From NCBI GenBank assembly GCA_025594325.1, contig JANHCV010000002.1, positions 1,488,001 through 1,552,000 of the forward strand: DNA of 64,000 bases, read 5' to 3'. This document shows, one piece after another, positions 24,301-36,459 of this stretch; the first letter of the stretch is position 1, and each line of letters starts with the position of its first letter. Origin of the DNA: Blastocladiella emersonii ATCC 22665. Its lineage: Eukaryota; Fungi; Blastocladiomycota. Under the pieces are notes generated by a model. It worked only from the letters and a program-made list of their open reading frames with translations. It was not told the origin of the DNA and ran no database searches. Both the position numbers and the translations under genes were made by a program.

Positions 24301-26351
24301 GCCCTGCACCGTGGTGCTGGACTCGAAGGCGGTCTGGATCACGTTCTGCAGCATCACCTCGAGGTCCTTGACCGCCTGCTTGAAGTTGTTGTAGTCGTCG
24401 TGCCACCGCGTCGCCTTGACGTCGAGGATCAGGTCGCGGATCGTCCACAGGTACGCGAGCTGCTGCTCGAACGACTTCTCAATGTCCTCGAGCGACTTGC
24501 CGATCTCGGCGCCCTTGGACCCGCCGAAGATGGGGATCGGCAGCTTCTTGCCGTCGGGCGTGAGCTTGCGGGCAAACTGCATCTGGCCCTCGCACAGCTC
24601 GAGCAGGTCGCGGCACCGCTGCACGAACGCGTCGATCTGGGCGAAGATGGAGCTGTGGTCAAAGTCCCACGGTCGCTTCGTGTAGTGGGTGACGTGGGCG
24701 ACCGTCTTGGTGTAGGTCTGCTTCCACTGCTCGCCGCACGCGACGCTGTCCTGGAGCGACTGGATGCTGGCCTGGGTGTTGCCGTGGAAGATGTCGTCGA
24801 GCGAGATCTTGAGCGAGCACCGGCGGATGATCTCGTTGGAGATCTTGCGCAGCAGGCTGGTCATGCGCTCCTTGGAGTTGTAGAAGCGCGAGTTGGCCCA
24901 GATAATGCGGATGTAGTTGAGCACCTTGGGCAGGATCTTGGCCACGGCGCGCGGCTCGGCCGCCGCCAGCTCGGTGCAGCTCGCCGTCAGCAGCGACAGG
25001 AACTTGAGGTTGTCCTGGGCCTGCATCGAGCCCTCCTGGATCAGGTTCGACAGGCGGTGGAACTGGTCGAGGTACGACGACTTGGCCACCTCGAGCACGC
25101 GGATGATCTGCTGCACCTCGGCGCGGTTGATCTGGTTGCTGATCCCCGACAGGTCCTCGCACCGGCTGCGCCAGAAGGCGATCTCGTCGAGCGGGCCCGA
25201 GTTCTCGGACGTCTCGGACGTGTTCTGGTTGTTGATGACCTCCTTGATCTGCCGCGTCCAGTGCACGAGCAGCGACTCGAGCCGCTGGACCACGTCCTTG
25301 GAGCTCGCGACTACACGCGTCGTTCAAGCGTGAGCGTTGCGCGACGGGTCACCAACCGCGAAATTCAAAGCGTACCCTCGTCAATGGACGGCAGCTTCTC
25401 CTTGGGCACGTAGAGCACCGTGTGGCCCTGCGAGTGGAACGCCGTGTCGGTGAGCACGGCCATGAACTTGTGCAGCTGCCCGGCAAAGTCCTTGCGGACC
25501 GTGTCGGGCCACCCGCGGTTGTCGAGGAACAGCGGCACGTAGACGCCGTTCATGAGCACGACGAGGCTGTCGAGCACCGACCGGGCGATCGTGCCGTACT
25601 GGATCCGCGCGAGCAGGTTGGTCGCCGTCAGCGGGTCAGCGAGCAGCGCCGCCGCGCCGCCGTTTTGGCTCCCGTGCAGCGTCAGCGACCCGTTGTCGGG
25701 CCCGGTGCCCGACACGAGCCCGCCCGCGGGGTGCCCGTTCGCCGCGTGTGCGTGGCCGTTGTGGTGCCCGTGACCGTTGAGCGAGCCGGAGCTGCCATGC
25801 CCGGACCCAGCGTTACCGTACGCGCCGCCGCCGCCGCCATTTGCCGCGGCGCTGTTGTTGCGCAGAAAGTACATGAGCTCGGCGACGCGGTGCGTTGGGA
25901 GCGCCTTGGACACGACGAGCCGCGGGCCGGTGCTCGCGGGGACGAGGTACAGGATGAGCTTGTTGGTAGCGGCCGACGTGGCGAACTCGGCGAGGGCTGC
26001 CGAGTGGTCGGACGTCCACAGGCCGGGCGCGAACCCGGACAAGGTGACGAGGCGTAGGAACCGCGCCTCGAGCGCGCGGAAGTTGGCCTCGCGCGCCGCG
26101 GCCTGCGCGGCGAGGATGGCCGCGACATCGGGCTCGTGCGGCGTGAGGTGCATCTGCGACGAGGTCGCACCGGCGAGGTGCTTGACCGACCCGTTGGTCG
26201 CGGCGAGCGTGCCGTCGAGGAACAGCGTGCGCGAGCCGTGCGAGCTTGCCGGGTTGCTCTGGCCGGGTGCCGCGCCGTTTGCGGCGGCGGCGTCGGGCGC
26301 CGCGGCCGGGTCACCGTCCCGCGTCGGGGTACCGGCTTCGGAGCGGAGCAT
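12333..26351 (-). CDS. DNAH2: Axonemal inner-arm I1/f beta dynein heavy chain (DNAH2/DHC10 type); exons 26351-25376, 25310-12890, 12825-12333
   Basis: The P-loops are GPAGTGKT, GATGVGKS, GDVGVGKT and GVGGSGRQS. The N-terminal tail LVHWTRQIKEV...GPLDEIAFWRSRCEDLSGIS is DNAH2-like, and the C-terminus reads GAYLEGAGWD...YSCPLYYYP. Introns 25375-25311 and 12889-12826 restore the frame. Confidence 0.95.
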
Positions 26352-26867
26352 GGGAATGAGGAGTCGCGGCTACACGTAGGGGGTGGTGAGCGCCGAGCTC
26401 GTGCGCCCTCATCGGGACACGGCGTACGGTAGCGCTTCTTCAAGCAGAATCAAAACTTCCCTGCTCGGCGTTGGTGTGTGTGGATGAGGCGGCAGACGAT
26501 CGGCGCTGCTCAGAGTCGCTACACGCGCGTGGACATAAGCCAGGGTGCTCACGCGCTGCATCGAGTACGAGCGTACTGCAGTGGACCAAAACTCCTCCGC
26601 TTAACGTCGAGCGACTCGCGCCAGCTGTCGATGCGTGTGGTTGGAGGGCGGAGCGCGCTGAAGACAGCGTCAGATTCGTCGATACAGGGCGTGTATGCGT
26701 GGAAAAAGGTTTACAGGGAGAGAGGGCGGGAGCACTCAAGGCGGGACGAGGAGTGATCGACGCAGCGAGGCGGGAGACAAACGCGGCGACGCGTCGCGCC
26801 GGCTGGGAACGCGGTCCCCTCGCGCGCACGTGACCGCGCCGCGCCACACCTTTTTTCGCCTGCTTGC

Positions 26868-29800
26868 TCACGGCTGCCGCGACCGCCGCCGTGGCGCGGG
26901 CGCCTTGAACTGCGACGGCGCCGTTGTGGGCCGGCTCGGCGATGGCGGGATGAGCATACGGGTGCGGTCGCGTGACGGCGGGGCCGAGGACGCGGGCGAA
27001 TCGTCGGCAGAAGGCGGCGGCGGCGGCGAGTCGTGCCTCGCGCGCTTACGCAGCCGCCCCTTCTTTCGCTCGCGGCGGCGCGCGTGCTCGAGCTGCTCCT
27101 CGAGGTCCTCGAGCGACTGCGTGGCGTCAACACCGCTCTCGCCGCCGTCACCGTCCTCGTCGGAAGCGATGAACGAGTCCTCGCTGTCGTAACGGTCCTC
27201 GTCTCCCGTCCCGCTCGGTTCCGCGGACGACGGCACAGCATCGCGCCCGCTGCGCACCCGCTTCCGGCGCGAGACCGACGGCGACGGGACCACGACGCGC
27301 GCGCGGCCGCGCAGCAGGAACGCGGGTAGCTGGTGCAGGTCGTCCTCGTCCTCGTCGCGCGCGTGGACGCCGCGGTAGAAGGCGATCCGCGAGTTGGGCG
27401 TGATATCGGGCCGCTGCTGCGACGCGCCGCTTCCCGCGGGCGAGATCTGCGTCGCGGACCGCTCGTCGATCCAGTCGTTGAGGCTGCCCGCGCTGTCGTC
27501 CGAATCGTAGTCGTCCGTGTGGCCGCCGCGCCCGTCGTCCGAGATGTCGGCTTCGAGGTCCAGGATCCCGGCGAGCGCGGCAGCGGGGTCACGGCGCCGC
27601 CGCTTCTTGGGCTTCGGCGACGCCTCGCTGTCGCTGACCGTCTGGCGGTGAACGAGGACCGCCGCGGCCGCCGGGTCGCCCGCGCGCCTGATCCGCCGCA
27701 GGCGCTTGCGGTTGACGATTGGCGTCGTGATGCGCTCAGGCGAGATGAACGGCGCCATGGACGGCGGCGGCGTGTCGTCGATCGTGATCACCTCGCGGGC
27801 CGGCTGGCCCGGCCGCCGCCGTGCGCCAGCGGGACGAGGCGCGGGCGTCGATGCAGCCGACGACGCAGCCGAGTCGGGCGCTGCTGCCGCCGCGGGCGCG
27901 GGCGACTCGAGCGGGGTCGCGGGCACCTGCTGCTGCTGGCGGAGCGGGTGCTGCTGCGGGGTCGACAACGCGTGCGGCGGCGGTGGCGGCGGAGTTGGCG
28001 CGATCAGGTCGATGCTGTCGGCGCGCGATTTCCGTGCGGGCGTCGACGAGACGGGCCGCCGCACGACTGTCACATCGACGATATCGTCCTACAAATCTCA
28101 AACGCGTCAGCCCTCGGGTGCAATGAAGTAGCAACGCGACCAAGCGTACCTCCTCCATCTCCTGGCTCCCCGCAACCGACTCGGCGGGGCTCGGCTGCGA
28201 CATGGCCGCGGCGAACTCGCGCTCCCTCGCCATCGCCTCGACGGCCCATAGCGGCGGGAGCGACGCGGAGCCCGCAGGCCCAGGCGACGGGGGAAGCGAC
28301 GGCGGCGTCGACTGCGCCTGCGCTGCTGCCGCCGCTTGCGCGAGGAGAGCGCTGGGCGGAACGACGGGGAGGGGCAGGTGCGCGAGGGCGCCGATGAGCG
28401 GGAGCCGCTGGGTGAGCGGCGGGCCGGCCGTGAGCGGGGCCGTTGCGGCGAGCGGGTCGAGTGAGACGCCCGTGAGGTACGACGGCAGCGCATGGTCGAG
28501 GATCGGCGGACCGAACTCGACGGCGGCGGGCGGGATGGGCTGCTGCGACGCGAGCGGGGGAGCTCGCGTGCGGACGAGGGTCGCGGACGAGATGGCGGGC
28601 GCGGGAGGGGCGGGAGCGCGGGGCGTGGGCGGGCCACGAGGTGTCGGCGGGGCGGCTTCTCCTGGGTCAAAGTCAAAGTCATCAAAGTCGTCGATGTCGA
28701 TGGAAATGACGCAGCTGTCGTCGACGGGCGCGACCGACTTCGACACGGCCGCGGGCTGCGCGGGTGCCAGCGCCGGACGCGACTCGGCCGCTGGACGCAG
28801 CGGTGGAGCCGGGGCCGCTGGCTCGACGACCCAGACATCATCATCGTCGTCGTCGTCGTCCATGTCGTCGAACCCCGCGAGGTCGGCCTCGCACAGGTCG
28901 ACGACGACTTGGACATCGTCATCGACGTCGACATCCACGACCGCGGCTTGTCGTGCCGCCGGCGGCCGGTGCGATGGCGGCGGCTGGATCCCGAGGTCGA
29001 TCATCTCGATGGGCGACGACGGCGGCGAGTCGGGGATCGGGCGGAGCTCGGGAATCTCCTCCGGCCGGACGGGCGGCCGCTTCGGCGCCTGCTGCTGCGT
29101 GGCGAGCTTCTTGGCGAACACGGCGTCGAGGTCGAGCTCGTCAGGGAGCGAGATCTGCGTAAGCGGCGGCTCTTCCACCTCCTCCGCTGGGCGGTTGCGC
29201 GAGCGACGGTGTGGCGACGTCGGCCCGTCGTCCCACGGCGCTGCACCCGCGCCACCGCCATCAGCGTGGGCCGCCTGCGAGAGGAGCAGCGCGTCGCCGC
29301 CGTGCATCTTGTCGATCTCGCCGACCGTCTCGAACAGCTCCATGAGGGCGCGGCTGGTCGCCGACGGTCCGATGCGGTGGCCGAACCGGAGCACCTGCTT
29401 GTCGATGTGGGCCGAGAGCGAGAGTTTCGGGAGCGCGGGCTCCGCGCGCGACGCGGCGAAGCGGTGGAGGTAGTCAATCATCTCGTCGGACGTGAGGAAG
29501 GGTCCGAGGATCGTGCGCCGCGCGCCGCGGCGACCCGACTTACCGTCGTCGTCCTCGTCGGGCGGCGGCGGGATGTTGAACCGCATCTGGACGCAGACGG
29601 GCTTGACGATAGCGGGGAGCATGCGGGGCACGTCCTTGGCGAAGGTGAGCTCGCGCGTGTTCTGGATGATGGACTGGACCGACTTGTACTGGTTCTGGGA
29701 CTTGCGGTACGCGTTCTCCTCGCGCCCCGCCGCGAGCAGGCACACGACGCGGCCCTCGCGCTTACGCCCGGTACGGCCCATTCGCTGCAGCATCTGGATG

Positions 29801-32299
29801 GGCGACTGCGACGCGTCGTAGCAGATGATCAGGTCGACCTCGCCGATATCGAGTCCCTCCTCGCCGACCGACGTGGACACGAGCACGTTGTGGCCGCCGG
29901 CCTGGAACCGCTTGATGATGCCGAGCTGCTCGCGCTGGTTGAGCCCGCGCTCGCCCGACTTGGCCTTGGACTGGCCGACGAACGACGTGGGCCGGATCAG
30001 CGGCGAGTGGCGGGCCAGGATCTGCGTGAGCTCCTCGACGACGGACCGCAGCTTGGCGAAGATCATGACCTTGGACGACGTAACGGGCGCCGTGTTGTCG
30101 GGCCGCCGCTGCTGCTCCTCCTGTGCCTCCTCGTGGTTGGTGAAGTGCTCGAGGACGAGCCGCTCGACCCACTCCTGCTTCGGGTGCGCAACGAACTGCG
30201 GGTCGTCGAGCACGGCGGCGCGGAGCCACGCGAGAAACTCCTTGAACGTGGCCGACATGACGAGGTTGGTCAGCGTCTTGTTGGGTTTCACGGTGCCGCT
30301 GCGCAGGTCTTCGGGGAGCCGCGCGAGGTCCTGGTAGAAGACGCGGACCGACTGCGAGACGAGGAGGTCGTTGAGCGACACGAGCTTATGCAGGGCCATG
30401 AAGTCGTAGTGGGACGGGTGGAACCCGCCGCACTGCTTCATGTACCGTTCGCGCGCCGAGTGGATGGCGTAGGGCGCCATACTGTCAAAGTCGTCCGTGT
30501 GCAAGGCGCGCGTGGCGCGCAGCCGCTGGATCATGGGCAGCGCAAAGGTGCCGAACCGGCGGCGCACCTCCTGGGCGAGCCCCGACATGGGGACCGTGAT
30601 GGGCTCGACGTTGCGGCGGAACGTGTAGGGGCGAAGGTCGACCAACTCCTCGGTGCGGATCTCAATGTGGTCAATGTGCAGGTTCGAGACCACGTCCTGG
30701 ACCTGCTCGCGCTTGGACCCGGGCGTCGCGGACAGGGCGAGGACGCGGAACCGCGCGTTGGACCCGAGCAGGTCGCGGACCACGTTGACGGACGCGTAGT
30801 TGCCCGTGGCGCGGTGCGCCTCGTCAATGACGACGAGCACCACGTCGGTGCCGGGGTACACACCGCGCTCGAGGTCGTTCTGCATGATCTGCGGGGTGGC
30901 GAAGAAGACGCGGCGCTCGCGCCACAGGTGGACGCGGTCGGCGGGCGAGTGCTCGGTGCCGACGAACACGATCTGGTCCTCGGGCGGGATGCCCGTGATG
31001 CCCGTGCACGCCTTCTGCTGCTGCGAGACGAGCGGGCGGGTCGGCGCGAGGAACACGATCTTGCCCTCGGGGAACCACCGGTAGTAGTTGACCATGACAA
31101 CGGCGGCGATGAGCGTCTTTCCCATACCTGTTAAGTGGCACGCGGTGAGCGAATCGTTGCGTGTGGGGGGCAAGGGAGAAGTGCGTACCGGTCGGGATCG
31201 AGACGAGCGTGTTGCGGAACAACGCCTTCTGGACAATGTTGAACTGGTAGTCGCGGACGGGCTTGTTGGTCGGGTAGAGCCAGGTGGAGATGGCGCCGGC
31301 GTCGAACGGGTGCATGACGGTGGCGGTGCGGAGCAGGTCCTCGTTCGAGTAGTGCTGCGGGACGCCCGAGATGCGGGTGTCGGCGTCGTCGATGGGGGCA
31401 CCGGCCATCGGCGCGGCAGCACCAGCGGCAGCGGCAGGTGCGGGTGGCGGTCGCTGCTGCAGTTGAGGTGGAGGCGGTTGCGGGCGGACCGAGTCGAACA
31501 GGGTCGACTGGTGCTGCTGGCGCGGCCGTTGTGGTGGGCACGGGGTTGCCTGCGGTAGCGGTTGCGGCGGCGGTGGCTGCGCGGGCGGAAACGGTTGCTG
31601 TTGCTGGACGGGTGGACGCGGCGGCGCAGCGGCGAACATGGTAGCGACGGACGGGTAAGACTTGGACACGCCGGCGGGGCGCGGTCCCGGCTGGCGTGCG
31701 GGTGGCGGTCGCGCCGCGTTGCCGACGGGCGGGCGGCCGGGTGGCTGCGCTGCAGGGCCCGCGCCGGGCGGTGGTCCCGGCTGCTGCTGCCACGATCCAG
31801 TCGGCGCGCCCGGCCCTGCAGGTGGTGGCGGTTGCCATGCATTCTGCTGCGGAGGCGGGCGGACACCGGGTCCCGACGGGCCAGCGGGCGGTCCCTGGTT
31901 CGGCATGGGCTGCGGGCGGTACGAGCTTGACGCGCCCCACGGCTGCACCGGGCCGCTCAGCTGCGCGGGAGGTTCGGGCGGGCGAGCCGGCAGTTGCGGT
32001 GGTTGTTGCTGCTGCTGCCACGATGGCGGGCGAGCGTACGGCTGTTGCTGCTGCTGCTGCGCATGCGGTGGTGGCCGCGGCGGCTGCTGGAACCCGTTCT
32101 GCGGCTGCTGCTGCGGTGGTGGCGGCCGGCCTGGCCCGTAGAACTGCTGCTGTTGGTACGGAGCAGGTACTGCTGCCGTTGGTGGTCGTGGTGGCGGTGG
32201 GCGCGGTCTCGGTTGGGGCGGGGCGGGTGCCGCGGCGGTGGCCGGGATCACGACGCGGTCCCAGTTGACGTCGTCCCAGAACCCGTCGTCGTCGCTCAT
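26868..32299 (-). CDS. MPH1: FANCM/Mph1/Fml1 DEAH DNA translocase; exons 32299-31189, 31127-28150, 28088-26868
   Basis: Helicase motifs are VRDYQFNIVQKALF, PTG|MGKT (across a 61-nt intron), VVIDEAHRA, LALSATPG, FVGQSK, STSVGEEGLDIGEVDLIICYD and QRMGRTGRKREG. The second intron is 28149-28089. Confidence 0.93.
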
Positions 32300-32500
32300 G
32301 GTGGCGATGCGGATGTCCTCGGAGTGCGTTGCATGGAGTGGCGGTCGGGCGCGGGCCGTGCTTTTGATGTGCGCTGCAAAGATGGGACTCTGAGATGCGC
32401 GGCCGCGCCCGTCGCGTCGGCCGACACTCGTCGACTCACAGCGCTTCCCACTCCTCTCCTCTCTCTCTCCCCCCGCCCGCCCCTCGCAAATGCACACACC
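32300..32500. promoter_or_regulatory. Putative bidirectional promoter shared by FANCM/MPH1 and SLX4
   Basis: Only about 200 bp separate the two divergent ATGs (32299 minus, 32501 plus). A pyrimidine tract precedes the SLX4 start. Confidence 0.6.
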
Positions 32501-34620
32501 ATGAATGCACCCCCGTCCCGCACCGTGCACGTCATCGACGACTCGGACTCGAGCAGCGACGACGATGGCGGCCTGCTGTACCGCATCCCGACCAAGACGC
32601 TGCTGCGCCGCCAGCAGCTCGAGCGCGAGGAGCGCGCTGCCGCCCTCGCCGCCGCTGCGCCGTCCAGCTCGGCCTCGTCCTCGACGCGTCGCACGGTGGC
32701 CGTCAACCCGCCGCAGCCGCAGCGCGCGTCGCTCGTCATGAACGGCACTTCGGCGTCGATCTCGCGCGTGCCGCGGCAGTCCTCGTCTCCGATCCCGCCA
32801 CCAGCAGCACAGCAACAGCAGCCGCCACCACCTCCACCCGTCGTCGCGCCCGCCGCCATTGAGTCGCCCGATCCCTACACGTACCTGCCGCAGCACATGG
32901 CCCTGGAGCAGCACACGCGGCGGACCGCGCGCCCGGCCGGCCGCTCTCGCTCGTCGATCCTGCTGCCCGACGAGGTCGACGTCGACGAGGACCTGCAGCT
33001 CGCGCTCGCCATGTCGGCCTCCGTCGCGCCGAGCGACGCGCCGGGCCCCGCGCTGCTCGAGCTCGACTGGAAGACGGGCCGGTTCAAGTACCCGGGCGTG
33101 CCGACCGCCGGCCCGGGCTCGCGCCGGCGCAAGGACACCGTCGACCTCAACTCGACGTCGCTGCTCGCCGTCGCGCAGGCACGGGATAACGCGCAGGCGG
33201 CCGCGCTCGAGCGGCTGTGGTCGTCGTCCGAGTCGGACTCGGAGCGCCGGTCGTCGCCGCGCGCCGCGCTCCGACCGACGGCGCTCAAGGACACGGACCC
33301 GGCGTGTCGGCTGTGGCGCCACGCGAGCCCGCGCGTCGACGACGCCGAGCCCGTGTGGACGCGCGCCGTGTCGGGCGGGGCAGGGGAAGCGATTGATCTC
33401 GTGTCGTCCGAGGACGAGGGCATGGACGTTGTCGAAGACGAGCCGCCGCCGCAGGAAGAGCACTGGCGCGCACCGACGCCGCTGTCGCCCATGTACCCCG
33501 AGGACGAGTACCACCCACCGCCACCACCACCGCCACCACAGCTGCAGCGTAGCGTCAGCAGCCCGAGCCAGCAGCAGCAGCGCAACCTACCAGCACCTCA
33601 AACCCTACCTGCACAAGGTGACGACTACAGCGACGCTAGTGACGACGACGATCTGTTTCTCCTGGCGTGAGTCCTCGTCGTCGTCGCCCTCCCGCTACCC
33701 TTCTACTAACACTCACTCTGCCACCCTGTAGTGCAGCGCACCTTGGCGTCTAATCCCGCCCCCGCCGACCCCGACCCGCTCGCCCTCGCGCAAGCCCGCA
33801 CCCGCTTCCTCCGCGACTCGCCGCTGTGGTCGCTCGTAGCAACCGCCCCACCCACCATGCGCGCCGCCCTGCACACGCGCGTCGAGGCCCAGCTCACCGC
33901 GCTCTGGGACACGACTGCCTCCGCCATCGCGACAGGCGTCGTCCCCGCCGTCGTGCCCGTGCTCCGCCCCGAGTCCGCGGGGCAGGCCGGGTCCCAGCTG
34001 CAGCAGATGCCCGGCAGCGACCTCGTCTACGACGGCACGCCCGATCTGACGGACCCCGAGGTCCAGGCCAACGTCAAGCGCGGGCTCGACGCGGTCCTAG
34101 CGCTCGAGGTCGATGCGTTGCCTAAGATGCGTGTCACGGAACTCAAGGTGCGTTTTCTACGTCATCCCGCGACGCGACGGACGCCGAGCTGAGAATCTGC
34201 GCATGTAGCTGCTCGCACGCAACGCCGGACTCAAGACGACGGGCAACAAGGACGCGCTGGTCGCGCGGCTGCGCCAGGTGCACGAGCACGGCGGCGCCCC
34301 GCCGCCCACCGATACCGCGGCGCGCGTCGCGGCCATCGTCGAGGCCGACGAGGAGCTGTACACCAAGGTGCTTCTGTTCGAGGTACGGTTCCCGCGCGAT
34401 GCACGCGCACGAACACCACTGACAGCCCTCGCGAACGTAGCCAATCGACCTCGAAGTCGTCGCGGCACGGCTCGCGGCGGCCAAGATCCGGTGCGGCCGG
34501 CCGGCGCTCATCTCGATTCTAGACGCGCAGGGCGTGCTGCACATGTCGAGCGCGGTCAACGGGCGGTGGGGGCGGTACGGAAGGGACAACGGCGGCGGTG
34601 GCGGAGGTGGCGAAGAGTGA
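32501..34620 (+). CDS. SLX4: Slx4 (FANCP) structure-specific nuclease scaffold; later introns 34148-34208 and 34383-34440, first intron ambiguous
   Basis: Spliced SAP motif LPKMRVTELK|LLARNAGLKTTGNKDALVARLRQV. The Slx1-binding C-terminal domain reads ELYTKVLLFE|PIDLEVVAARL...LISILDAQGV. The N-terminal part carries a UIM/MLR-like motif, DEDLQLALAMSAS. Confidence 0.8.
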
Positions 34621-36058
34621 GGATGATACATTGCTGCTCGATCATACTTGCGTCTGCGTATCGCATGCAAGTATTTACAATGAGCTACGACCGCGCGAGC
34701 CCACTCCCCAACCTTCTTGTTTGCCACGAAGGCATGTCCGCGAAACTGCTCAAGCGCATCGTCCTCGCCACACTTTATTTGCAGCTGAGATCAGGGAGGA
34801 ATCGCGGGCCGTGATCCGCTGCGGCGTGAAGACCGGCGACAAAAGCGAAGGAAGCTACAAATTCGAGGTCCTTTGAGCGCGATGCTGCTGAGTGAGAAAG
34901 CTAAAAGCCATAGCGGCGACGATTGAGGAGCTGATTGAGTCGACGGCAGCAAGGATCGTTAGACGGCAGCGGCGCCATCTCCATGCTGCACAGTTCGGTC
35001 AGTGGAGACCACAAGGTCGCGCACGACGCTGGCAGCCGGGAATTCGGAATCCGCGGCGCGCTGGCCATGGGCGGGCAAAGTGCCGCCTCCAAAACCGCGC
35101 AGTCTCACCGGGTTTGGTCGTTCATGGACGGCGTAGGTACATGACCGTGGACTCGGTCGCGGATGATCATGAAGGCAGCCGACGGGCACGAGCTGGTTTG
35201 GCGAGCGCATCGAGGGCGAGGACGGGTGCCCGTGCACGAGGGCAAGAACGGGTGACCGTGAACGCCGGTTCGAGAATATGGACGGCAACATGACGAGCTC
35301 GCGCAGAGAGATTCAAGGCGGGGCGCATCGTTGAGTGGGGCGGCGTAATCGAAGACGACGGCGAGATCAGCCGTCAGTCGACGGGCAGCAGCAGCAGAGG
35401 CAGGAGCGAGACGGTCGGCGGGCAACTCGAGTACGACTCGAGTGAGGATACTGTAGCGAGCGGCGGGGCCGAGGCAGGTGGCGGTAGTCGGCGTCGGCGA
35501 TGCCGGTCGCCTTCCTCGAGGACAACGTTCCAGTGGTTGACATGATTACATTGCTGCAAGTCATTGGTAGTGAACATGAATGCATGGTTGTCAATTGGTG
35601 TGAGCGACAAGCTTTTTAGCGCGCGGCCCCCTTCAGGAAAGACCGTGCAGGAAACATCGGGCCGCGCGATGCCCGAGATCCAAGGAGAGAATTTGAGTCG
35701 GTGGCGTCGGGTGATGCGGCGTGACACAAAGTGGAGGACGCGGAGGGGAGCTCGCCGCTGCGCTCGCGTGCGAGATCTGGACTCCGGAGCACTCGAAGCG
35801 TGAAGGGAAAGCAGGCGACGGAAATGAATGTAACTCACAACAAACACTTCGTTATGAGGTCTCCGACTGTGAGCCGCGACGACGGGGGTGGTCGGCGTGG
35901 GGTGCTGGAGTCACGGCCGCGCCGGCCACGGTCACGGTGGGCTCGATGGCCGTCTGCGGGCCTCGGAGCGGGTCGAAGAGACAGCGCGGGATGTACCTCG
36001 TGTGTGGGAAGCGATGGTAGCGCGGGCAGCAAGTTCGGGTTGAGCGTGGTAAGTGGGG

Positions 36059-36260
36059 AGGCCGCGAGCGCTCGTGGCGAGGCGCGCGGCGAGTGCAGCT
36101 TGAACGTGACGAACGGGAGGGTATGAGCGCCTGCGGCGCGGTTCGACAGCGATCGCAGCTCGAGCGTGATGAGCAGAAGGGTGGGCGCGCCTGCGGCGTG
36201 ACTCTACAGTGATCGCACCTTGAGCGTGATGAGCGAGAGGGTGTGAGCGCCTGTGGCGAA
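36059..36260. repeat. 60-bp period minisatellite, about 3.3 degenerate copies
   Basis: GCGCCTGYGGCG recurs at 36127, 36187 and 36247, and GATCGCA...GAGCGTGATGAGC recurs with 60-bp spacing. Confidence 0.8.
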
Positions 36261-36459
36261 GCCACGTTAGAGACGATCCTGTGTGATGGGAGGGAAACTG
36301 GGAATAACGCATGGCGTTAGCAGACGTACGGCGGAAAGGGGGCAGCTCGCGCGCGTTGCGAAGTAACAGAAGGGATGAGGTGATTCAACGAAACGATGAT
36401 GGCGCGAGAGACGACGTCCAGGTGTTGACGCGGCGACGCGGGCAGCGGCTACGCAGCAA

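Noticed and set aside
12487-25413. Plus-strand ORFs of 1960 aa and 2343 aa
   Set aside because: They are exact antisense shadows of DNAH2. C/G-ending codons remove stops from the opposite strand, and the translations have no domain features.
26430-26867. RFX X-box or MCB (ACGCGT) elements upstream of the dynein gene
   Set aside because: There is no convincing X-box palindrome, and CGCG-type words are too frequent in this GC-rich DNA to be informative.
30824-33670. ORFs 30824..33514 (minus) and 31994..33670 (plus) running through the FANCM/SLX4 promoter, suggesting overlapping genes
   Set aside because: The extensions upstream of the ATGs at 32299 and 32501 are antisense readings of the partner gene, kept open by high GC.
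36059-36260. CRISPR-like array
   Set aside because: The whole 60-bp unit is degenerate-repeated with no unique spacers, the context is eukaryotic, and no cas genes are present.
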